Shown here in pieces: positions 10,851 through 22,170 of a DNA stretch of 64,000 nucleotides (its first letter is position 1; every line of letters starts with the position of its first letter). The stretch is taken from assembly GCA_013265495.1 (NCBI GenBank), contig MU058213.1, forward strand, positions 7,332,066-7,396,065. Reading direction: 5' to 3'. The notes under the pieces are model-generated. The model made no database searches and was not told the origin of the DNA. It was given only the letters and a program-made list of their open reading frames with translations. This DNA is from Vicugna vicugna. Taxonomy: Eukaryota. A program made the translations under genes and the position numbers.

Positions 10851-13800
10851 CAATTTAAAAAAAGAACAGAGTGATTATCTCTTAGTAGGCTTACAAGTGG
10901 AAATACCTTCACCACTCCCACACTGTTAAACACACAGATCCTGTGCGTGGCAAAAATTATTGACCTTAATAGAGATGTGCTGAAATGACTATCAGCATGC
11001 ACTTTGATGAGCTTTCTACAATTTTGACATCTGTGTGTGTGTGCACATAACAAGCATTTATTAAGTACCTGTTAACTATTGGGAATTCAAAGATCAATAA
11101 AAATTAATTACCCCTTGGCCTAAGGGGCCTCGTTGTTTTCATGTCTCATTTTCTATAAGAGTACAACTTTTTTTTAATGCCTTATTTCCTATAAGAATGC
11201 AAGTGCCCGTCCAATGAACAATGAAAACATCTTCGGTGCATTACCCTTCGATGGGAAAAGGAGAGGAGAAGAAAAAGATTCAGATGTCAGACCTTCCCTC
11301 AAGGGGCTTGCAATCCTGTAGGAAAATGAATGCAGCGCTTACTAAGCAAGGCAGAATGTGACACACACTCGAAGTATTTCAGGACTAAGGTGCTATGTAA
11401 GCCAAGAGTAGGAGAGGTTCCTTTGTGCAGGGTTAATCTTAAACTTTATGAGCAGAAGGACTTCACAGAGGATGTACCATCTGAACTAGACCTTGAAGGA
11501 CAAATCGAATCCTAGTGGACAGAAAAAGGAATAAAGGGCATCTTAGAAGGAGAGCAGAACACAGATAAAAGCAAGAGACAAAAAACACATTTTTAACATA
11601 AGGAACTAGTAGTGATGGTTTAAGACTAACACGAAGTACATACAGACGAGGAGGGGAGAAAGCGCCTAGCGTGGGTTGAAACTATTCTTTTGCTTTCCTC
11701 TGAAGTGCCTAGCACAGAGCTTGGCAAACTATACACATTCAGAGAATGAGTTTTGGAAAAAATAATTGAGGGCAGAAGGGAACTGTGCTTTAGAAAATAA
11801 ACCTCTTTGCAGCTTGCCTATTTTTCATAGTCTTATTGTAAGGATTAATAGTTGGTTTGATAGTCATAAAGTTAAATCACACTTAATAAAACACATAGAG
11901 CAAGAGTTCCACATCACAGCACACCGAGGGAGAATAAAACTGGAAATGGGTGTGATTTCATCAGAGTGAAAAGCTAAGCAGAGCATTTTAGGATGAACAA
12001 GATAAATTGAATGTTATTTGATTTTGTACCGCATCCATTTCCCTTCTGAAAATTCTCTGAGACAGTTCTATTAATACAGATGCTTCGTCTATAAGCCCTA
12101 TGTCATTTTTAAAGAACTACCTTAAAATATATTTTCAAATAATGGAGGAAAGATAAGCAGTTACAGATGGTTTTCCCTATTTTTGTCACGCATGATCAAG
12201 GACGGCTGAGTAACGTGGGCTTCACTGGGAAATCCGAGGCTCACAGCGAGGAGCGTTCCAGGAGCAAACGCTGGCATTATTTTGCTTTCGCAGAGAAAAT
12301 ATGTTTCTGTTCAGCCAAGCAAAGTAATCAATTATTCTGCATTATGAAATACTCATTTTATAACTATTGACATTTCAGACAGCCGTGCCCCACGTCAATA
12401 GTGGTTCTGATGCGCACATGTAAGCTCTGGCTTACAGGATGGGACTCATTGGGCTGACAGTGTTGGGTCAGAAGTCTGTTCTCTGGCCCCCCAACCCGAC
12501 CCCCCCAGTACACTGATTATTTATGTCCAGGCCCGCACTGGGGAAGTATGCTGTGAGCCCTGAAATGAGAACAGACGTGGGTATGTTTTTCTGTTTTACT
12601 AAAAAATGTCCAATTCTTCTAATATGTTAGATTTACATTAAAAAAAATCAATACTTTTCTCTCGAATTAAAAGACGATTCCCACCTTTTGTAAGATGGAG
12701 GTAGATGAAATAAGGCTTTCCGTTCCAAGGCTCAAAAAATTCACATTCGATGTTGAGCATACTGTTAAGCCCTGTATCCTCAAAGAGAATTTTCTGAAAT
12801 CAAAATGGCTTTCCAATAATTATGTTGCACTGTTGCTGTTCTGAGTTTTACCTCACCTATTGGTGAATAATTCCTCGGAACTTACTCAGTGGCAGGCATT
12901 TTTTAAAAATTAATTCACTCAAAACTCTCTTTTTATAGATAAGGAAACTGGCACACAGATAAATTAAGTAACTTGTCCAGGAACACAAGGAACCATGTGA
13001 ACTGAATCTAGGGTGTTTACTCTCAACCATGATGTTACGACTCTCAAATATTTTCAGATTTTTTTCCTCGGATTGTGCACTACTCAGTATTTTGAAAGGG
13101 CAAGCTGACTTCTTCAGGAATCAAAATTTACTACTCTAATAAAATTTAGGGATGTGCGCAGGAAATTCTTTTATCACTAGCTCCTGTAATTGAGCAGGGT
13201 TAGCATATGTCATTATGAATTATTACACAATTAAGCAAATTATTTAATTACTTACTAATGAAGAAACATACTGTACATGGTTGTAATTATCCTGTTTGAA
13301 AACAATGTTGTCATTTGTCCATTTCAGAAACACTTGCTACACAGTAAATTAACTCTCCAGGGGAAGTGTTTCCTATTTTGGAATAATTAAACAACTCTAA
13401 ATAATAGCCATGGAACATTCACGTAGGAATGCAAGAAACTGAAAACTTATAAAAGCCAATACTGGCATTTCTAAAAGACTCCACACGAAATAGAAAATCT
13501 GTTAGAAACACACAAAATAATAATTTTATAGTTCATGCTGTTCTCCGGGAAAAGCACAAGATAGAGAGATGCTGTTTTTACTTTTCCAAATTGTCTCACT
13601 GCTGCTCTTTTCAAAAGTGGCTTTTGCAACATGTCACATAATCTAGCATTTCCTTCACCTGTTTTAATCACCCAACAAGCGGCTTCAACAGTATAATCAT
13701 CTTAAGCAGAGCTACTTAATTTTCAATGCACTTTGAATAAATCATTGTCTACATTTATTAAATGATTATAGTCATTCATGGCCTTGTTATTTATACAAAG

Positions 13801-14509
13801 ACATTGTACACATATAGCCTCAAGATGTTCTGACAAAACATCTTAAATAAAATATAGAAAAAGGAATTTTTTTTTTTTACTTTACCACATCTTTTCTCCT
13901 TAAAATGTAATGGACAAAATGTGGCAGAGCCATTCTAAACAAGGAAAAATTTAAAAAGGGAAATATCAGGATGGGAAGACACTCAAAGAGGTCATGCTAG
14001 GTCCTCCTACTTCCAAGGATGTGAGCAGCTAACCCGTCCATGTCTGACAGTTGTCTACCATTAAATAATCATATAGAAACAAGAAAAGTGATATTAGTGT
14101 ACTTTTTCTGCTGTCTTGTTTTCTCTATTATCCCAGGGCCGATATGCCATTTTCACTGGGTAATTCAAATCAAAAGTTTTGTTCTCTTATGAATAATGCA
14201 TATACTAGAATTACAGTATAGTTTTCAGATTTTACCACTTGTCAAAAAACCAGTAAGAAATTGTTACCTGTAAACCAGTAAAAACCGTGTTAAATTTAAG
14301 CATTAGAAAACAAGAGAAAACGTGCTTTATACGTTCATCGCATACACGGCTCAATTTATAGTGTAACACGAATTACTACATAGTGTTTATTTTACACTAG
14401 CCGTGTTTTATCAGTTAGAACTACAGTAAAACATGTTTTAATAGTATTTTCTGATGTTACTGTGACAAACTAGAAGGACTGTATTTTGATTCATCCTTCA
14501 GATCTCAGG

Positions 14510-15170
14510 TTTTTTTTTCCATTTCTTATCAAAATATAATTTGCTTATAGTAAAACTCACTCTTTTTAGTGTACAGTTCTCTGGGCTTTGACAAAGGTAT
14601 TTACTTTCATGATGATCAGCATAATCAAGACATGGAATAGTTCCACCTCCCTCTCTTCCCAAATTCTTTTGTGCCCCTCTGTAGCCAACTTACTCACTTT
14701 CTCCAAACCCTAACGGCCTCAGATCTGCTTCCTGTCCCTATAATTTTGCCATTAAATAATATTACTTGAATGGAAAAATGTATTACGGTAGACTTTTGAC
14801 TCTGGATTCTTAACATAATGCATTTCAGATACACCTCATGAGCAAATCAGTAACATGTTACTTTCAGTAGTGGAGGAGTAATCCATTCCACAGTTTACTC
14901 ATTTTCTAACTGAAGGACATTTCTTAGCAAACACAAATACAGCGGCTGTGAACATTCATGTACGGGGTTTTGTGCGAACATTACGTTTTTATTTCACTTG
15001 GGTAAATATCCAGGAATGGGACTTTCAGATTACATGGGCTGCAGAAGCTTAACTGTAAGAAATGCCAAATGGTTTCCCAGAGTGGCTGTGCCATTTTGCA
15101 TTCCTCTTACCAACGTATGAGAGTTCCAGGTGCTCCACAGTGTCACCAGCACTTGGTGTTGTCAGATATT
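14510..15170 (-). mobile_element. Old L1M 3' fragment
   Basis: Antisense L1 3'UTR/ORF2-end motifs: TTTAGTGTACAGTTCT, GCTGTGAACATTCATGTAC, CCAGAGTGGCTGTGCCATTTTGCATTCC. Confidence 0.75.
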
Positions 15171-15181
15171 TATCTATCCTT

Positions 15182-16244
15182 CATTAATTGCTGTTATTTG
15201 AGGTAGTTAGGTTATATAAAGTCCCTGGGATCAATGAATTAGTAAATACTGAATCATCTTCCCTAGGAGAAATACAGGGTTAGGTTTCTGAGTCTGTGCT
15301 CCTAACTTTTTTGCCAAATGACCAATATATAACTTAATTTTTTGTATGTTTTTATTTAAAGATATCTTACTTGGCCTTTACTGTTGATTCATTAACATCG
15401 AACCCACAGCCAACAGCAATGAACTAAGCTTACCTAACACGTAGTTTCTCCACAAGGCACATCACAGCCTTTTTCACTTAGGGAGACTAGCGAGCACTTA
15501 AGCACTAAGCTTGGGGGCCACTTTAAGAAGCAATAACACCAACAAAAAGCACACAAATTAGAAAAGCGTGGCACTAAATAGGCAGTGAAAAGGAAACTTG
15601 TTTACAGCCTGAGAGCTGAAACCAGAAGGCAGAGCATCGCCTCGTCAGACCTCAGCTGCAACACATGTGTCAGGTGCTCTCCGCTTGCATAAGTCAGAAT
15701 GGCAGCCAGTTTTTTTTTTTTAAATTAAAGTATAGTTGATTTACAATATTGTGTTAGTTTCAGGTACACAGCAAGGTGATTTAGTTATATACATCATTTT
15801 TCCCAGGTTATTTTCCATGATAGGTTACTATAAGATATTGAATATAGTTCCCTGTTCTATATAGTAGGACCTTGTTGTTTATCTGTTTTATATATAGTAG
15901 TTAGTATTTGCTAATCCCAAACTCCTAATTATCACTCCCCCTCCCTTTCCCCTTTGGTAACCGTAAGTTTGTTCTCTATGTCTTTGAGTCTGTTTCTGTT
16001 TGTTTTGTATATAGGTTTATTTCTATTATTTTTAGATTTCACATATAAATAATAGAAAGTACTTGGACTCTCTTCGCTATAATATTCTTTGGGTCCATTC
16101 TGGTTGCTGCAATGGGCAGTATTTTATTCTTTTTCACAGCTGAGTAATAGTAATGGCATTCAGTATTGATTTGGGGATGCTAAATAAATTTTGGTGAGTA
16201 GGCGAATATGCAAATACAGAATTTGCCAATAATGAGATTCAACT
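15182..16244 (+). mobile_element. MER82 (TcMar-Tigger) DNA transposon, interrupted by an L1
   Basis: Matches the recalled MER82 consensus: CCTAGGAGAAATACAGGGTTAGG, GGCACATCACAGCC, CTTGGGGGCCA, GAGAGCTGAAACCAGAAGGCAGAGC. Resumes after the L1 with GTATTGATTTGGGG...GAGTAGGCGAA...AATAATGAG. Confidence 0.8.
15711..16151 (-). mobile_element. L1 3' end inserted in MER82
   Basis: Poly-T followed by TATAGTTGATTTACAATATTGTGTTAGTTTCAGGT. TSD-like AATGGCAGCCAGT (15698-15710) / AATGGCATTCAGT (16152-16164). Confidence 0.85.
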
Positions 16245-16259
16245 CTATCTACCATCCAC

Positions 16260-16285
16260 CTGTCTGTCTGTCTGTCTGTCTGTCT
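16260..16285. repeat. (CTGT)n microsatellite
   Basis: About 6 tandem CTGT units. Confidence 0.9.
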
Positions 16286-16459
16286 ATTACCTTGCTGTTA
16301 TACAGCCTCAGTTTAAATGTTACAGCCATGAGGATGTCTTGTCCAAACTGCTAGCCTCCATCAGGTGAGCCTTGAGCTCCCACTGGCATTCTGTTCTACC
16401 CTTTCTGTAAACCTGATTTTTCACACCGTTTTTGGGGGTTTGCTTTTGTTTTGGCAATC

Positions 16460-16850
16460 ATTTGTTCTCGCTTCTGTCTTCTTCACTGGACTCTACACTC
16501 CAAAGAGGCAGGGATCCACCTTCATATCTCTCATAATATGAAGGCTTAGCGCCATGCCTGGTATAGACCACATTTTGGGTAAATACTCGTTGAATAAATG
16601 AAAACTTCTTTGAAAACAACATGTACGGTGAGACGAGCACTGGAATGGGAGCTGGAAAAATCTGGTTTCCCAGCTCAGTTCTCACACCTAGTGCTTGTGT
16701 GACTGGTGACAAGTTATTTATATTCCTTGAACCTCAGTTTTCTCACCTGCAAAACTGGAAAAAGAATACCTATATTTCAAAAAAATTAAGACTTGAAAGT
16801 CAGACAATAACATGAAAACATTAGTAACTGGCACACTATTGATATCCAAT
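16460..16850 (+). mobile_element. L2 3' end followed by MIR
   Basis: L2 tail (GAGGCAGGGA...AAATACTCGTTGAATAAATGAA), then MIR core (TGTGTGACTGGTGACAAGTTATTT...CCTCAGTTTTCTCACCTGCAAAA). Confidence 0.65.
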
Positions 16851-19800
16851 AGTCACTGGACTGGAATGGTTTAGGAACCACACTAGACTTTTATAATTCT
16901 CTGAGCAATATAAAATACACTGATGGATACTGTGAATAGTGAGTTATTCAGCCATTCACATACTGCCAGTTCTGCATGTCTTTGGTTTTATATATGCAGG
17001 GGCCTCGAATAGTGAAGATAATTTTTCACTTTAGAAGCTTTGGCACTCGATGAAGCCACACTCCTCAGGATCAAAGGTTATATACACTATATACTATGAA
17101 TGTAACTACATAAGAGCAGATGATTTATCTACTGCATTTCAAAAATATTTTCTGAATGTTTGAAACTGACTTCAATCACATAGAGTTTGTATTCTTTGGA
17201 AACAAGACTTTTTTTTGTCTGTCTTCCAAACACTACTGAGAAAACAAAGAATTAAATTTAATTAATAAGCATATCATGGCTCTGCCGGAAATGTTTTCGT
17301 GCAAAGATCCATTATGTCCTTTAACATTTCAAGGCAATAAAGATCAATAATTTCTATAAAATGATCACAATCCTTTTGTGTGTAACTAACAAAATTAACT
17401 AAGTGCTCAAATCCTGTGGAGAAGAGATTGCGTAAACAATACAATGGTTACATCACTCAAAATTTATACATAGGATTGTCTTGCAAAATTACTATGATCA
17501 GATATGATTCAGTGATGCTATTTAAGATTATTGGTCTTTAGCAGATGCAAAGCATGATGACTCACTGGCAGAGCAAGCTAATGGGAGGGAGGGAGAGATA
17601 TTAACTTTGTGTATTTGATTACAAAGCAGAACAGATAGTAGAACCTCCGAATCAATAATCACTATTTTGAACGAAACTTTCATCGTTTCCTAAATTAGGA
17701 TTGCTGTTTCTTGAGACGACTTTTTTTTTTTTTAAACACATACATTCTTAAAAGGAACCTAACAATAGGCCTAAATTAAACCGAGGGTTTAAAACACGAT
17801 TTGCTGACAGGCAACCTCCAAGTGTTTTCCACAGAGAAACTTCACTTCCGATTACTTCCAGGCTATTTTAAATGATCTTGGACAGGGCTACTGAATGACT
17901 TGTCAGGGAACAGGAAAACATTATGACACCGCTTCTCCGGATTTCTTCCCAGAACACGAAATAATTTGGGATCGTTCTAATAGAATCAAGGCGAGTTTCA
18001 CGTCAAGCTTCAGTTTCACTGGGGGAATGCTTCTAACATATGGCTGCTGGGCTCTGACTCACAGCAACCTTCAAATTCTGGCCAAAATGTCTGCTTCCTG
18101 AGATTGTGTCTGATATGCCTGTGCCTCCCTGGTGGGGCCCAGCAGGCATTCAATAAATGCTATTGTTGGATCGAATGAATGAATGAAAGAGTTTCTCATT
18201 ATGAGCTACAAATTCCTCTATCAGCAAAATAATCCCATAGGAAAGCAGCAGTGTACTTGGAATTCGTGTCTATGAAGAGTGCTATTTTCAACTCCTTCAC
18301 AATTTTTTTTTGTCATTTATGCTCAACTTGGTCTTTCTTGATTTTTTTAAACCAAGGTGTGAAAAGCACAGAAGCATTTTCCAGAACATGAAAGACAAGC
18401 GTAGTTCTTAGAAAGTCTCCCTTGTATGTAGCTTGTGTGTGATAATTATTTTTAAATCTCAGTTAATCACCAGATATTTTCTCAGAACAGACTGGGGGTG
18501 AGGCGCTGTGTGAGATATTGGAAAAATAAAATAAAAGCATCCCGTCCTTGCTTATACATCCAAAATTGTCATTAGGACTAGTAGGTGTGTAGGTTCCACT
18601 ATATCCACAGGTGAGGCAAATGTTTATCTAAGTGACACTAAATCAGAACCGCTATCCAAGAAGTATAAATCATTGGTCTCATGCTTTTCATGATCAGAGA
18701 GCTGTCATTCGAAAACCTTATGAAATGGAGTGTGGAAGAAAACAAAACAGAAAGGGAGAAAGATCCACAAAGGTAACACTAAAATTCCAATAACTAAAGT
18801 TCGTATCTGTGCTTTAAAAAAAAAAAATCCCCCAGGCATCCGCTCAGAGATGATTTATTCTCGTGTAAGACACAGTTCTGACAACCTTGCTATCTGATTT
18901 TCCAGTATGCAGAATATATATATTTTTAAAAAGCACAGCAGAAAGGAGTAGCGAGTTCTGCTCATAGGAGCAGGGAGAAACAAGAAGGACTGAAGGAACA
19001 GATTAAACGATGATGCAAAGTTAGACATAGAACCCAAAAAGGATAGCAGCATGGGGCTATTTAGCGCAGGGGCAGCAGACAACGAGCCACGCCTGCAGCG
19101 TCTCCGAGGCCATCCTGTATGACAGATGCTGCTCGCACCATCATAATTAGTGTTCATGATGACTTTGAAACATTAAGCATGGATTAACCCAGGCACTCGA
19201 AGAAGACAGGGACTTCAATAATACATTTGGAAAGGCCTCTCCCACACCCAAATCGAGTGAAATAGTTCAGGCACTTGGACAGATACATTCCAGAAAATTA
19301 ATTTACATGGGATATCCCATTTTCTAATAATGTCTTTGCATATGGCATTGGTATACACACTTCAAATAATGACCCTAATTACCTAAGACCTTACAATCAG
19401 GGTCTAGGTTATTCCAGTTTCAGCGATATTCTGAAGCTGGTTGGAAAAATAAAGAGCTTTCCATAGCAGGAATAACTGCTTTATACACCACTATTTCATG
19501 TGATTCTATTCTTAGTCAAATATCAATAAAATAAAAACTATTCAAATACCCCCTCTATTTTTAAAGCGACAATGTTCCTGTAAAATGTTTATTTGAATTA
19601 TGAGTGTTTAGGGCTGAGGTTTAAATATGTATCATTATATTCAGATACTTGCTATTTATATAATAGCAAATGCTATTTATATAATCATGTTTAACCTGAC
19701 GGAATTCTGGAGAAGGAAAAGTTAATAAAATAAGTTAGAAGTGAGGGGAGAAGGGAAAAAAAAAACAACCAAAAACAGAGGCACAACTTGGCATTGTTTT

Positions 19801-20289
19801 CATTCAGAGCAGGTGAAGTGATAGGTCTTTAAAAGCACGCTTGATACATGCACACACATGACACCTCCTTCATGGCTGCAACAATTCTTTTTTTCAAAAC
19901 TGCAAGCCTGTTTCCAGGGCAGCTGCAAAACATCCGTGAACACTAGTTAATTTATTGGAGTCATGGAAACTGCTGCCTCTACACCTGCCAGCTAGATCCA
20001 CATTGTGCAGACTCTACAATGCAGGAGCCCACGGTCCCGAGATGAATTCTCTCCGCTCCAGGGCGGATGGAGGAAGGGGAAGCCACTGCCGTGCTGGAGA
20101 CCATACTCAGGGATTTCTGCTGCTTTCACTCCACATATTGTCCAGGCTCCAGAATAATGCTTTTTGCATTAAAATCACCATGGCCACTTCTAAATTGCTA
20201 TTACATTTATTATCTTCATCATTGTTATCACATTATTCTTGTTAATGAGAAGGCAGTTTAAAGGCCCCCACTGGATACTTACGAAAGCC

Positions 20290-20432
20290 CAGAAAGACAG
20301 CAGGCAGGAGGTTATTCTTCCTCCTCACAGATGGGGTAGGTGAAGCCTGGAGAGGTTTCCCAGCTTAGCCCGGGACACTGAGAAAGGTAGAGCCGGGACT
20401 TCAGCTGGGCTTTCTGATTCTAATCTAGTGCT
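20290..20432 (-). mobile_element. MIR remnant
   Basis: CACAGATGGGGTAGGTGAAGCCTGGAGAGGTT...AGAGCCGGGACTTCA...TCTGATTC. Confidence 0.55.
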
Positions 20433-22120
20433 TGATCAATGTTGTCATGTGCTAGATATTGAAAACTGATTTCTTATTCTTTAAGAAACTATATTGTGAG
20501 GAATTCAGGTTGGCAACTATAAGGAAATTTTTCCATTGTAGGATTTCTGAAAGTGAAACAAGAGGCTGTCTTCTATTTTTTTTTTTCAGGAGATTTTTGT
20601 CACTAGTTTTATCTTCCTTTTGGTTCATACATTTTTACATTATCTACTCTTTTCTGCCGCAAGAGATAATTTACATGGTTCTTCAACAATATACCACCAA
20701 TAAATCACCAACTAAATACTAATTTTTGGACCTCATGACAATCTACACAAAACTAGCTCATATGATGCAGGTTATAAACCAAGCCTGGTCATAGGATGGA
20801 TGTTTCACAGCCTCTAATCCTTTCAGAGCAGGAGAGAGACATGGAGTGTTTGTAAGGGGCGCTGGTGCACGTCATGACGCTGGCCTCAGGAGTTAAGAAT
20901 AGTATATATTTTGATGTTCTGTCTCTTCTTTTTATGGCTCTCTCTTTAATTAATTTATTGACATTTTTCTAGTACCTTTGAATATTTTATTCATTCAGGG
21001 TAGGGGTAGGGGGAAGCCCAGGCAGGGTGTACCATGAATGTTTCCCAGTAGCATAAGGGAGCAATTCCTATGGTTAATTCCAAAACCCCTTCCACGTTGA
21101 AGGCATGCTCATTCGGCATCTCTGTGCTCCCCATAACTTTGCTGTTACCAGCCTTTTCTTGGTTTGAAATACTGAATTTGTTTATAAAAGAACCATGATA
21201 GGTTATGTTACCATTAAAAATAAAATAAGTTAGAAGTGAGGGGTGGTAGGGATTTTGAAATAAAATGTATAATATTGAATTGGGCAAAATAAGATGCCAT
21301 GTCTATGGCAAGGATTTGGGACAGAACAAACAAATGTGGTAGCTCTAGGAGTGAAAGTCTAAGGAAGAGAAACTTGTAGCCCCTGGAATAAAATCATCCA
21401 GGTCTCATTCCTATCCAAGGTTCTGACCCCTCGGTCACACCCTAGGAAGAGACAATAAACACACATGTGTGAAAAGTCCCCAGATGGAAACGAGGTGCCC
21501 TACCTTTCATCCCTGGCGATGATCAGAGCTGAAGCCATTTATAAAAATTCCTGCCTTAACAGAAACTGCTGCAAAGATGGGAAGGCACAGAAGAGGTTGA
21601 TAAAAACGAAATCGTGATCCACTAATCCTTATCCTATCACCAAAGTGGTGGCCCAAAGAGGGGCCTCCACAGTTGTGTGATGAAAGGCACAAATCATGGG
21701 CTACCCACTGGGGCAGCCAGGCCGGGAGAAGGGAGGAAATAGCCTTTTCTTCAGAGGGCTGAATGGCCGGACCCGCTCCAATGAATAGATAACACCATCG
21801 CGGGACAGACAGTAGAGATGAAAGAGGAAGCCAACGAAAACAGAAGAACGGAGGAAAACCATCAAAGGTGGGGAAAATGACAAAAGTTCAGGGGCCGTTG
21901 TGATCCGCACCCAAATGCTAAAACTGCAGCACGAGAGAGCTATTTGAAGCTGCTAAAGGGGTTGAATACAATCTGCAATGAACAGAATTTGCCATCAAAT
22001 GGAACAGAAAGGCCACCAAGAGACCTTAAGGAAGGACAACCGAACGGAACGTGAACCCTGCAAAGAGCTCACTCGGCAGTGTCCTTTTGAACATCTCAAT
22101 CATTCTGAAGTGCTGTTTAA

Positions 22121-22121
22121 A

Positions 22122-22153
<32 letters not shown>

Positions 22154-22170
22154 ACGCACACGCACATGCA
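22121..22170. repeat. (CA)n/(CACGCA)n compound microsatellite
   Basis: ACAC run grading into CACGCA units; continuous purine-pyrimidine alternation. Confidence 0.9.

Noticed and set aside
19370..19381. RORE-like AATTAGGGTCA (minus strand)
   Set aside because: Lacks the T immediately 5' of the half-site that ROR binding favours; single weak match.
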